Shown: one piece after another, positions 8,898 to 17,685 of the stretch | Layout: the number at the start of each line of letters is the position of its first letter | Numbering within the stretch: the stretch's first letter is position 1 | NCBI GenBank assembly: GCA_046756545.1 | Contig: JBHHWM010000001.1 | Coordinates: 10,682 to 74,681 of the forward strand | Direction: 5' to 3' | DNA length: 64,000 nt | Source: Rhodothermales bacterium | GTDB lineage: Bacteria; Bacteroidota; Rhodothermia; Rhodothermales; JBHHWM01 | Translations under genes and position numbers: made by a program | Notes under the pieces: generated by a model | Databases searched by the model: none | Seen by the model: the letters and a program-made list of their open reading frames with translations, nothing else | What the model was told of the DNA's origin: nothing

Positions 8898-9977
8898 TTA
8901 AACACCGTAATCCCGTGCGAAAAGCTCGGCCCAATCGTAATTATCCTGCACGCTTTCGTCGTCCGGCAGGGCAAAGATCCGGGCCAGGTTGCTTTTTGAC
9001 ACCTGTGCGCCGAGGCGCTCGCGCACCCGTCGTACGAAGAGCCGATAGATGACCCGGGCATAGCCGCCCTCCGGCACGGTATAGCGATTGCGCCGGTAGG
9101 CCTGTTGGAGCCGCGCCCAGTTCCAGCCTGCGCGTTCCGCACGCCGGCGGTAGAAGGTCAGAAAGAGTCGGTAGATGAGCCGGTCGAGCGCGTCGCCCAT
9201 GCGGCCTCGGAGCAGGCGTTCGGCCCCTCGCGTGAACCAGGGGCGGGGAGGAGGCATCGCCCGGTGCAGGTGATCGTCAAACCGGGTATGCGGCAGAAAA
9301 TCGTACACCCACCGGTTGGCTTGCAGAAACCGCCGGTACACGTCGAGGCCCCATAGTGGCACTGTTTGCGCGACCTCGTGCGCCGTAAACAGGTTGTGAT
9401 CTTCGACGTGCAGTTCGTCCAGTGCCAGGATGTAATTCGGGCAGAGATAGAGGGGGAATGCCTTCGGAAACCAGCCGGTCAACTTGGAGAGCGGCACGAT
9501 CCAGGCGCGGGCCAGCCACAGCCTGTTGGGTGTTGTGATGCAGAAAAAATCGACATCGCTTTTTGCCTCGGCGTTGTTGACGGCCAGGGATCCTGAGACG
9601 GCCACCATCCGAACGAACGGGATCCGTGCCAGCCATCGCGCATACCGCCGGGCCGTTTGCCAGAGGTCCTCAGTCATCTCCAGACGGTACGTTCGTACAT
9701 CGGCCAGGTGGGTGCGTCCGGCCCAGGTCAGGTAGCTCGACGCCCGGTCCAGGTACGCCGGTACCAGGTCGTCCAGCGCCCGCTCGAAAGCGGCTCGGTC
9801 GCAGGGCGTCTCGACGAGTCGCCGGTACAGTTCGTCTCTCGTCAGCGGGTAGTCGAACAGGTCGGCATAGAGGACGGTCAGCAGGATGGCCCGCTCAAGG
9901 TCGGAAAGACCGGGACGATCCGGTGCCTCAACCGGAGCCGGGGCTACGTCGGCAGTCGATGGACGGTGAAACGGCAT
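8898..9977 (-). CDS. hypothetical protein with polymerase-beta-type nucleotidyltransferase-fold motif
   Basis: 359-aa ORF. VSGSLAVNNAEAKSDVDFFCIT fits the hG[GS]-x(9-13)-DhD NTase signature. The rest is Arg/Trp-rich helical sequence with no motif I recognise. Confidence 0.6.
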   Translation of the reverse strand: MPFHRPSTADVAPAPVEAPDRPGLSDLERAILLTVLYADLFDYPLTRDELYRRLVETPCDRAAFERALDDLVPAYLDRASSYLTWAGRTHLADVRTYRLEMTEDLWQTARRYARWLARIPFVRMVAVSGSLAVNNAEAKSDVDFFCITTPNRLWLARAWIVPLSKLTGWFPKAFPLYLCPNYILALDELHVEDHNLFTAHEVAQTVPLWGLDVYRRFLQANRWVYDFLPHTRFDDHLHRAMPPPRPWFTRGAERLLRGRMGDALDRLIYRLFLTFYRRRAERAGWNWARLQQAYRRNRYTVPEGGYARVIYRLFVRRVRERLGAQVSKSNLARIFALPDDESVQDNYDWAELFARDYGV

Positions 9978-10160
9978 GGATTGATGACTTCCTGTTCAAG
10001 CGAGCAGAGAGGGGAAACGTACACCTCTCGAAGCCTTAGTGTTTGCAGGGCGGCAAACATTTCGGGCACAAAGATGGGAATACGGGGGTCTGGGTTGGAT
10101 CGTTAATCTAGCAAATCTGGGATCATAAAGACAGGGGATTTCTCCTGCGGGGATGGGCGA

Positions 10161-11405
10161 TTATTCCCTGATGGCATGGAAGGATTGCACGGAGCGGGCT
10201 GTTTTTCGGAGGGTCCAGAGCACCAGGCGCGGAGCCGGTCGAAACGGTCGCCCGGCCCGTTTTCGGCCTTCCTGAAACGCCTGTGCCAGTTTTTCGGCAA
10301 AATGCTCCGGCGACCAGCCGGCGATGATGGCCTGGGACCGTCGCCCCATGGCGGCCCGGTCGGTCTGCGCGGAAGTCATCTGCTGCATCAGGCGGGCCAG
10401 TCGATCCGTGTTTTCGGGGGGGAACCGGTAGCCGTTTTCTCCTTCGAGGACGAGGTCGTGCGCGCAGCCTGCCCGTTCCGAAACCAGCACCGGAAGGCCC
10501 GCCGCCATGGCTTCGTTCACGACGAGGCCCCACTGATCGATCCGAGCGGGATGGACAAAGGCTCCGGCCAGGCCGTAGTATGCCGGAAGTTCTTCAAGCT
10601 GCCGAAACCCCGCCAGTGTAACGTTTTCGATCCGTTCGGTGTGCAGCAAGGCGTCCAGGCGTGCCCGCTCCGGCCCGTCGCCCAGGATGACCAGCCGCCA
10701 GGGATGGGCGGTGCCGGCCCGGTAGGCATGGTAGGCGGCCAGCAGCCCGTCCAGGTTTTTACGCGGCACAAACCGGCTCGAAGTGAGGAAAAAAGGGAGA
10801 TCGGATGCCAGCCCCGGTAAGTGGCGGTAGCGTTCCGGGTGTTCGCGGGCGTCGGCGGCCCGTTCCCGAAAGAAGGCGTTGTCTACGACGTCGTAGCCGA
10901 GAAAAACGGCGTCGTTCGGGAAGCCCAGTTTTTCGAAATAGGCCCGGTGGGGCGTGCCGGCGAGCAGCGCCGCATCGAACTGGCTGATCAGGAGCGCTTT
11001 CACCCGTTCCCGCCAGGCGATGCGGGGGGCGTCGTCTTCCTTGCTATCCGTCATAACGACGGCCACGCGCCGGTGACGGCGGCACCAGTCCAGGCAGGCG
11101 AGCGCATCGGGGTAGCTGTAGCTGTTGATGGCGACGGCGTCCGGGGCGAGGCGGTCCAGCGTCGTCGTCACGCCGGCGTAGATCTCGGCGGGCGTCAGTT
11201 GTTCGAGGCTCCGGTTCGGGAAGATTTGTTCCCGGCGGAACTGCGCGCGATCCGGCTCGGTGCGCCAGGCATACGTAGCGTCTCGGCTGGCCGTTTCCAG
11301 GCCGATCAGCTCTGTCTGATGCTGCTGGAAATAGTGATGGGCGGCTTCGAGGCGGACCATATGATACGGCCCGAAGCGCGGCCACTGGATACAAACACGC
11401 TTCAT
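10161..11405 (-). CDS. GT4-like (GT-B) glycosyltransferase
   Basis: Internal ATG (MKRVCIQWPRFGPYHMVRLE...). C-terminal GT-B region: FLTSSRFVPRKNLDGLL...ILGDGPER...FVHPARIDQWGLVVNEAMAAGLPVLVS (EX7E-like). Confidence 0.8.
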   Translation of the reverse strand: MKRVCIQWPRFGPYHMVRLEAAHHYFQQHQTELIGLETASRDATYAWRTEPDRAQFRREQIFPNRSLEQLTPAEIYAGVTTTLDRLAPDAVAINSYSYPDALACLDWCRRHRRVAVVMTDSKEDDAPRIAWRERVKALLISQFDAALLAGTPHRAYFEKLGFPNDAVFLGYDVVDNAFFRERAADAREHPERYRHLPGLASDLPFFLTSSRFVPRKNLDGLLAAYHAYRAGTAHPWRLVILGDGPERARLDALLHTERIENVTLAGFRQLEELPAYYGLAGAFVHPARIDQWGLVVNEAMAAGLPVLVSERAGCAHDLVLEGENGYRFPPENTDRLARLMQQMTSAQTDRAAMGRRSQAIIAGWSPEHFAEKLAQAFQEGRKRAGRPFRPAPRLVLWTLRKTARSVQSFHAIRE

Positions 11406-11424
11406 AGGATGAAGCCGGATGGAG

Positions 11425-12666
11425 TTAGGTTGTTTGCAAAGGCATCGCCACATGGCGAAAGAGCGTGGCCGCAAATCGCTCGGCGGTGTTTTCGGTGGCG
11501 AAACGGCGTGCTGCCTCCGCATCGAACGGGAACCGATCCGGATCGGCCAGCCACCGTTCGATCCCGGTGGCGACGGCGGACGGCACCGTGGTGTCTATCG
11601 CCAGGCCCAGCGAACGGCTCCGAAGCTGCTCGCCCACGAGGCCGTAGTCGGAGCCGAGCACGGGCACCGAAGCCAGGGCGGCCCGGATGAGGACGCCGCT
11701 GGAGCCCACGTGGCGCTGGTAGGGAAGCAGGACGAGATCGGATGCTTCCAGGATTCCCTGAATCTCTTCCTCTTCAACGAACCGGTGTTCCACTACGACC
11801 TGCGCGTTGGTTTTTTCCCGCACATGCCGGATGCCGGTGCGTACCGGTTCCTTCTCCGTTTCCGGGATGGATCCCACCATCACCAGGCAGAGCTTTTCGT
11901 GGGCTTCGGGCGGCAGCAGGCACAGAGCTTCCAGCGTTTGATGGATGCCTTTCCGCGCTTCGATGCTGCCGAAGAACAGCGCCACCTTGCGGTTAGCCTC
12001 GACGCCCCAGCGAGCCCGCATCTCTGAGCGCGACGCCGGGGGCGGAAGCGGGGCTACGCCGTCGGGCAGCGCCACCGCTTCCACCCGGCTGCGCAGCGAG
12101 GCTACGTGAGGCACGACGTAGGGATCGAGGCAGAACAGGTGGGTGAAATGCCGGTTGCGCAGGGCTGCCGGAAGGAGCATCCGCTTGCGTAGGTTCTTCA
12201 GCCGTTCCTTTAGGCCGGGGGGCGTCGAGGTGGCCTGAGGGTAATGAAAGGATGGCCGAAAATAGATGCCGGAAAGCTGGACGGGAAAAGGAAACGTGAG
12301 GTCCGACGCCAGCGAAAGCTGGATCTGGTCGAAGTACATGAACACGCAATGATCGGGCCGCAGCCTCGTGATGTATTTACGGGCCAGCCGCCCGTGCGTC
12401 CGGTCGTTGCGAAGCAGGCTGAGCGCTCCTGCTGATTCCAGCGTGATCGATTCGTCGGTGGGGATGCACGCCGTGCCCGCATCGGCAAAAGAGGCCGCCG
12501 CGTGCTGCACGTCGGCATGGAGGTCGAAGAAAGCCGGCGGGGCGACGATGCTGAGGCGGCCCGGCAGCCGGTGGGTGCCCCAGTACTCCACCAGATACCG
12601 CATGTATTGACCGTGATGTCCTCCGGCAAACAGGTCGAACAGCATAATGTGGGGCGACGGCTTCAT
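11425..12666 (-). CDS. GT-B fold glycosyltransferase
   Basis: Internal ATG (MKPSPHIMLFDLFAGGHHGQY...). C-terminal FFGSIEARKGIHQ...MVGS...LLPYQRHVGSSGVLIRAALASVPVLGS. ATGA overlap with the flippase gene at 12663-12666. Confidence 0.75.
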   Translation of the reverse strand: MKPSPHIMLFDLFAGGHHGQYMRYLVEYWGTHRLPGRLSIVAPPAFFDLHADVQHAAASFADAGTACIPTDESITLESAGALSLLRNDRTHGRLARKYITRLRPDHCVFMYFDQIQLSLASDLTFPFPVQLSGIYFRPSFHYPQATSTPPGLKERLKNLRKRMLLPAALRNRHFTHLFCLDPYVVPHVASLRSRVEAVALPDGVAPLPPPASRSEMRARWGVEANRKVALFFGSIEARKGIHQTLEALCLLPPEAHEKLCLVMVGSIPETEKEPVRTGIRHVREKTNAQVVVEHRFVEEEEIQGILEASDLVLLPYQRHVGSSGVLIRAALASVPVLGSDYGLVGEQLRSRSLGLAIDTTVPSAVATGIERWLADPDRFPFDAEAARRFATENTAERFAATLFRHVAMPLQTT

Positions 12667-14192
12667 TCGCTTTCCGGGAGGGTCGCTTCGGAGGATCGGC
12701 GGAGGAGCAGACCGGTCAGCCAGTGCTGGAGTTGCTGCCGGGCCGGATGCAGCCAGAGCGGGCCGGCGACAACCACAAGATAACTTCCCACGACCAAAGC
12801 GATCTGACCGACAAGGGACCACGAGGCAGCCACCTGATCGTACAGAAAGAGCGCCAGGGTCATCGCGCCGAAACCGGCAAGACCGAGCAGGATCGTCTCC
12901 CGCTGCACCAGATCGCGGACGGGGATCCCGTATTCTCGTTGATAGGCCACGGCGATCATCAGGCTGCCGATGACGAGGGCGACGACAAACCCGACCACGA
13001 CCCCCGTTCCGCGATACAGCCAGCCCAGTACCACGCCGAGCCCGCCGTTCAGCAGGCCGATGACGAGGTGGCTCGCGACGTTCCAGCGCAGCTTGCCGAT
13101 GCCCAGGTACGCGAAGTACGCCGGATTACCGATCATATTTAAGAACCAGCCCACGAAGATCAGGTTGGCAAAAAGCACGAAGGTGGCTTCATACGAGCCG
13201 ATCCAGACCCGTGAAATCAACGGGGTGACGGCAAGGCCAAACGGCAGGGCCGCAAGGATCAGGTACAGAATCAGCCGGGACGACGTCCGGTAGATGTCCT
13301 GGATCAACTCGGGTTGTCGTTCCTGCAAGTCGGCGATGGTCGGCACAATCGATTGATGCGCCGTGACGATGAGTGCTCGAAGCTGCACCACCATCCGGTA
13401 GGCAAACTCGAAATAGCCCGATGTGGCCGCGCCCCCGAAACGCATCACCAGGGACTTCGTGAGGGGTTCGAAGAGGAGCTTGGAGAAGGAGATGACCTGA
13501 AATTGCAGGCTGTACGCCAGCATTTCCCTGAACACGTCGCGTCGCCACCGGTGGGGGAGGAACGGGAGGGCGGGCAACAGGTGCCGGAGCAACAGCCACG
13601 ACGCGATGAGGAGCAGGCCGGCCTGAAGCACCTGCGCCTGGGCCAGCCCGACCAGCCCGTTTTTTGGCACCAGGATAAGCGCCGCGATCAGGTACACAAG
13701 CACCGATGCCGAATACACGATGCTCCGCAGGTCGATGCGCTGGTAGCCGTCGATGCATCCCTGGACGGCTCCGGCAGTCGAGTTGAGCCAGAACGACACG
13801 AGCGCATAGGGCAGGATCTCCAGGGCATCCTGCAGATAGGCCGGCTCGACGAAAAAGGCGATGATCGTTTCCAGCAGCGGATACAGCGCGACCAGCACGA
13901 CGCCGAGCACGACGCCGAGCGAGACCGTCGCCGTTTGCACGATCTGCGCCACGCGGTCGGTGCGCTCGCGGGCCAGATACATCGACACGTACTTCACGGT
14001 GCTGTTGGCCAGGCCCAGGTCGGCGATGCTGCTGGCCGAAGTCGTCGCTAGGACGAGCGACCATACGCCGAGGTATTCGATGCCGATGGTGTCTTTAACG
14101 AATCGGTAGAGTACGAAAAACACCACCCCGGTCACCACCACCTGCACGACCGACATCAGGGCATTGATCAGGAACTGGCGCTTTCGCATCAT
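12663..14192 (-). CDS. oligosaccharide/polysaccharide flippase (Wzx/MOP-family-like)
   Basis: 509 aa and highly hydrophobic, with roughly 12-14 predicted TM stretches. N-terminus MMRKRQFLINALMSVVQVVVTG is typical of Wzx/MOP exporters. Confidence 0.8.
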   Translation of the reverse strand: MMRKRQFLINALMSVVQVVVTGVVFFVLYRFVKDTIGIEYLGVWSLVLATTSASSIADLGLANSTVKYVSMYLARERTDRVAQIVQTATVSLGVVLGVVLVALYPLLETIIAFFVEPAYLQDALEILPYALVSFWLNSTAGAVQGCIDGYQRIDLRSIVYSASVLVYLIAALILVPKNGLVGLAQAQVLQAGLLLIASWLLLRHLLPALPFLPHRWRRDVFREMLAYSLQFQVISFSKLLFEPLTKSLVMRFGGAATSGYFEFAYRMVVQLRALIVTAHQSIVPTIADLQERQPELIQDIYRTSSRLILYLILAALPFGLAVTPLISRVWIGSYEATFVLFANLIFVGWFLNMIGNPAYFAYLGIGKLRWNVASHLVIGLLNGGLGVVLGWLYRGTGVVVGFVVALVIGSLMIAVAYQREYGIPVRDLVQRETILLGLAGFGAMTLALFLYDQVAASWSLVGQIALVVGSYLVVVAGPLWLHPARQQLQHWLTGLLLRRSSEATLPESE

Positions 14193-14195
14193 GAT

Positions 14196-14921
14196 CTACC
14201 GGTCAGGGGCGAAGAAAAGGCCATCGACCTGAAGAAGCTGTCCGGTGGCAGGGTCGTCGATGACGGGCTCTATCGACATGAGGACGTAGCCCCGCTGTTC
14301 CAGGTACGCCACCATGTCGGCCAGCAGATGTTCGCCTTCGTAGAGCGGCACCAGCGACATTTCCACCTGGATGCCCGTAATGTGCGGCAACGAGGTTTGG
14401 GCTCCTTCCAGTACGTACCGTTCGTAGCCCTGTGTGTCGATCTTCAGGAGGACCCGGTCGTCCGGGCGATGGTACCGGTGGAACACGTCGTCGAGCCTAT
14501 GGAGCGTGATGTCTTCGCTCCCGACGTACGCCGATTCCGGGTACGCCTCGACGTGCCGGGACAGCATACCGAGGATCGAACTGCTCTCGGAATTTTGAGC
14601 GATATGGATCGTCTGCGTCCCGGCATGTGCGCCGAGGCCGGCGTGGACGGCGTCCCAGTGCGGGTCGCGTCGGGCACGCTGTTCAAGAATTGCGAAGGCC
14701 GACGACAGCGGTTCGAACGACACAATGCGTCCCCGATACCCGTTTTTGCGCACGTCGAGGGCATAGCCGCCCGTGCTGGCACCCACGTCCAGGATGAGGG
14801 TGATGCCGTAATGCTTCAGCAGGTGGATCCGCCGCGCGACGGGCGAGCTGCGGGCGTTGAACCGGATGACGTCGTACCCGCTTTTCCGGAGGAGGCGTTT
14901 GAGGAAGGCCCGCGCGCTCAT
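14196..14921 (-). CDS. FkbM-family methyltransferase
   Basis: Internal ATG (MSARAFLKRLLRKSGYDV...). ILDVGASTGGYA, SFEPL and LLKIDTQGYE motifs are characteristic of FkbM-type methyltransferases. ATGA overlap at 14918-14921. Confidence 0.8.
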   Translation of the reverse strand: MSARAFLKRLLRKSGYDVIRFNARSSPVARRIHLLKHYGITLILDVGASTGGYALDVRKNGYRGRIVSFEPLSSAFAILEQRARRDPHWDAVHAGLGAHAGTQTIHIAQNSESSSILGMLSRHVEAYPESAYVGSEDITLHRLDDVFHRYHRPDDRVLLKIDTQGYERYVLEGAQTSLPHITGIQVEMSLVPLYEGEHLLADMVAYLEQRGYVLMSIEPVIDDPATGQLLQVDGLFFAPDR

Positions 14922-16363
14922 CGCCGTCCCTCCGGCAACGGTCGCTCGAGTTGCCCACGGAGGTACGCGCCTCCTGCCAGCCCGGCCACCAGGCTGAAGA
15001 TGAACAGCGAATCCTTCAGGAAGAACGGGTTGGAGGTGATCGTCGAAAGGGTAAAGGCGATCAGGCTGAGGGACGCCGCCAGGCCGCAGACGCGGGTCCA
15101 ATAGCTGCCGTGCTTCATAGAGAATGCCTGGACGCCGCGCCAGATTACGCGAGCCCAGAAAAAGAGCATCAGGCCCAGCCCCCAGAGTCCGAATTTGTAC
15201 CAGAGCCCGACGTATCCGTTGTGCACCAGGGCATCATTGTCCGTCACCTCGTTGGCGATGTCGAAAAATTCGTACGGAACCCCCATGCCGTAGCCGATCA
15301 CGGGATTGCGGACGACGTGATCCCAGACGGTTGCCATTTCGCGAAAGCGGTTAATGAGCGAGACATCGGCCGTGGCGGCGGTTTGTACGGACGCAAAACG
15401 CTCGACCAGGCCGCCCACCAGCAGGTTCATGTAGGTTCCGAAGAACGCGAAGCCGATGCCGGTGACCGCCGCCAGGCCGAAGAAGCCCAGCACGAGCATC
15501 CGCTTTCGTTGGTGAGCATCGACGAGGACGAACATCGCCAGCGTTCCGAACAGGAAGGCCAGCCAGTAGCCGCGACTCTGCGTGAGGATCAGCCCGGCAA
15601 AGCACAGCAGAAAGCAGCCTCCAAGAATTCCGAAGGACCACCAGCGCCGGGCAAAAAACATCGTCACCAGACCGAAGAGAGACGTAACCATCAACAAGTT
15701 GTCGTTGGTCCACACCCGGCCCGTGGCTACCTGCCAGGCTTGCGTTGCGCTCGAGAGCATAGTCTGGAAGTTCATCACGTTGCGCGATGCCACGAGCACC
15801 CCCAAGCACAGGATGACCAGCAGCAGTGCCCGCGTCCCGTAGCGATAGCGCGCGCAGGCTTCTTTCAACGGGAAGTAGAGCGCCAGGAGCGAGAGTGAAA
15901 AGCTCTCGCTGATCACCCCGGTGAGGCTGCCGCCGAACAGGATGGTTATCGGGATGGTGAAGGGAAGCAGGATCAGGAACAGAAAGAGGGCCTTATCCTC
16001 GGCGGTCAGCAGGATGCGTTCTCGGTAGAGGAAGCATCGCGTCACGTACCAGTGGCCCAGCAGGGTATAGAGGTAGAGGCCGTAGGCAATCTCTCGGAAT
16101 TGAAAACCGGCCTCGTAGTCGGCCACCACCACAAAGCCCACCAGCGTCACGCACAGGTTGAGCAAGGGATGATGGAACAGGTACCAGGCTGCCACGCCGA
16201 CCAGCATAAGGAGCGGGAGCACCGGCAGCAGGTGCGGCGCAAACCACGTCATGAGGGTCAATACCAGCAACCCGAACGCCAGGCTTGCTACCAGCAGAAA
16301 ACGGCCCCAGCGCCAGAGCGCCGTGGGGGTGAAGCTAAAGAGCGCAGGCGAAAACAGGCTCAT
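14918..16363 (-). CDS. O-antigen ligase / Wzy-like polymerase family membrane protein
   Basis: Internal ATG (MSLFSPALFSF...). Polytopic membrane protein with a LILTQSRGYWLAFLFG (Wzy_C-like) segment. ATGA overlap at 16360-16363. Confidence 0.8.
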   Translation of the reverse strand: MSLFSPALFSFTPTALWRWGRFLLVASLAFGLLVLTLMTWFAPHLLPVLPLLMLVGVAAWYLFHHPLLNLCVTLVGFVVVADYEAGFQFREIAYGLYLYTLLGHWYVTRCFLYRERILLTAEDKALFLFLILLPFTIPITILFGGSLTGVISESFSLSLLALYFPLKEACARYRYGTRALLLVILCLGVLVASRNVMNFQTMLSSATQAWQVATGRVWTNDNLLMVTSLFGLVTMFFARRWWSFGILGGCFLLCFAGLILTQSRGYWLAFLFGTLAMFVLVDAHQRKRMLVLGFFGLAAVTGIGFAFFGTYMNLLVGGLVERFASVQTAATADVSLINRFREMATVWDHVVRNPVIGYGMGVPYEFFDIANEVTDNDALVHNGYVGLWYKFGLWGLGLMLFFWARVIWRGVQAFSMKHGSYWTRVCGLAASLSLIAFTLSTITSNPFFLKDSLFIFSLVAGLAGGAYLRGQLERPLPEGRR

Positions 16364-17637
16364 GAAGACGCGATAGGCTTGGAGGCGTCGGCAGACTCTC
16401 GAACCGAGGGCGCTGCCGGTTCGCTCTCGTCGGTGGCTTCTTGCAGGCGCTGCGCGAAGTACGCGTGGTTCCGCTGCCACCAGGTATAGACCAGCGCGAA
16501 CAGGCAGGCCATCATGAAGGCCGATAGCGTGGCCAGGATGCAGATGATCGACCGGCGAGGGTGGGCCTTTTTGGCAGGCGGCACCGCCACATCCACCACC
16601 TGCACGGCTTCGATCTGCCGCTCTTCGTCGAACCGGGCCTCTTCGAGCAGGGGGCGGGTGTATTCGAGCAACTTGGCTAAAATGAAGCGTTCCCGCTCCA
16701 TATCGACGTAGGCCATGGCGACCCCCGGCAATTCGTCCTTCGACACCGGCAGCAGCCGTTCCTGCCCGGCCAGGGCTTGCTGATATTTGTTGTTGGCCGA
16801 TTGAGCCGCCTGCCGGGCCGTATGCACCGCGGTGTTCTCCGGGCCGAACTGACTCAGCAACACTTCATACTGGCTCTCGGCCTTCAAGGCTTCGAGCCGC
16901 AGTTCGGCCAGGTAGGCAAAGAACTGCTCGCCCTGGGCTTCGAGGTCCAGCACGCCGTAGGTTTCCTGGAACACGCGAATGGTCGTCTGTAGCGAATCGA
17001 GTTCGGCTATCGTTTCGTTGTAGCGCTTTTCGACGAAGCGGCGGAAATACCGGGCGCTTTGCGAGGCCAGTTCGGAACTGCGGCGATTGAGTTCGGCGAC
17101 GAAGAAATTCGCCATGTCGGCGGCGCGTTGCCGGTCGGTGTCGAGCACGCGGACGGAGAGGAACTCGTACTCGTTGTCGATGGGGAAGTCCGTGTTGGCG
17201 GCCAGGATGTCCATAGCGGCCTGTGTCGGGGTGCTGGCGTCGGCCACGTCGTAGACCTCGACGAGGTCGAACGAGTCCACAACGCTTTCATACATGGTGC
17301 GACTGGTGAGCACCGTCAGGTAGCGGTAGTAGTCGCCGGAGGCTCCGGAGCCGATGAACGACCGGGCAGCGGCAGGCAAGTCTTCCAGAAAGGCGGCAGC
17401 GAAGCCGGTTCCGGTTCGAGCCGGCAGCACCAGGCGCGCCTCGGCCTGGTACCAGTTATCCATCAGCAAGGTGAGGACGACGGCCAGCACGGCCACGACG
17501 CCGGTGACCCGCGCGATAAACCGTCGCCATCGGTACAGGGTGCCGAGCGTCGCCCAGAGGGTGCGCTCTGCCCGGGCGCGGCGTGCTTCGTCCGTTTGCA
17601 GAAGCGGCTCGTTGTTGTGTCGATAGTCTGACTGCAT
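16360..17637 (-). CDS. polysaccharide chain-length determinant (Wzz/GumC-like, no kinase domain)
   Basis: ATG at 17637 (MQSDYRHNN...); the track start at 17646 is GTG. N-terminal TM segment, long coiled-coil periplasmic region and C-terminal TM segment. No Walker A tyrosine-kinase domain seen. Confidence 0.7.
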   Translation of the reverse strand: MQSDYRHNNEPLLQTDEARRARAERTLWATLGTLYRWRRFIARVTGVVAVLAVVLTLLMDNWYQAEARLVLPARTGTGFAAAFLEDLPAAARSFIGSGASGDYYRYLTVLTSRTMYESVVDSFDLVEVYDVADASTPTQAAMDILAANTDFPIDNEYEFLSVRVLDTDRQRAADMANFFVAELNRRSSELASQSARYFRRFVEKRYNETIAELDSLQTTIRVFQETYGVLDLEAQGEQFFAYLAELRLEALKAESQYEVLLSQFGPENTAVHTARQAAQSANNKYQQALAGQERLLPVSKDELPGVAMAYVDMERERFILAKLLEYTRPLLEEARFDEERQIEAVQVVDVAVPPAKKAHPRRSIICILATLSAFMMACLFALVYTWWQRNHAYFAQRLQEATDESEPAAPSVRESADASKPIASS

Positions 17638-17685
17638 CGATAACACGTCGGTTGAGGGAGGCGAGAAATGGTGTTGAGGGACCCC

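Noticed and set aside
7254-10160. Search for a small RiPP precursor peptide gene next to the rSAM/methyltransferase block (gaps 7254-7305, 8848-8897, 9978-10160).
   Set aside because: The gaps are 50-183 nt. The only minus-strand mini-ORF I could read is 7 codons (MIPDLLD), and there is no leader/core-like peptide. The polysaccharide context fits better than a RiPP cluster.
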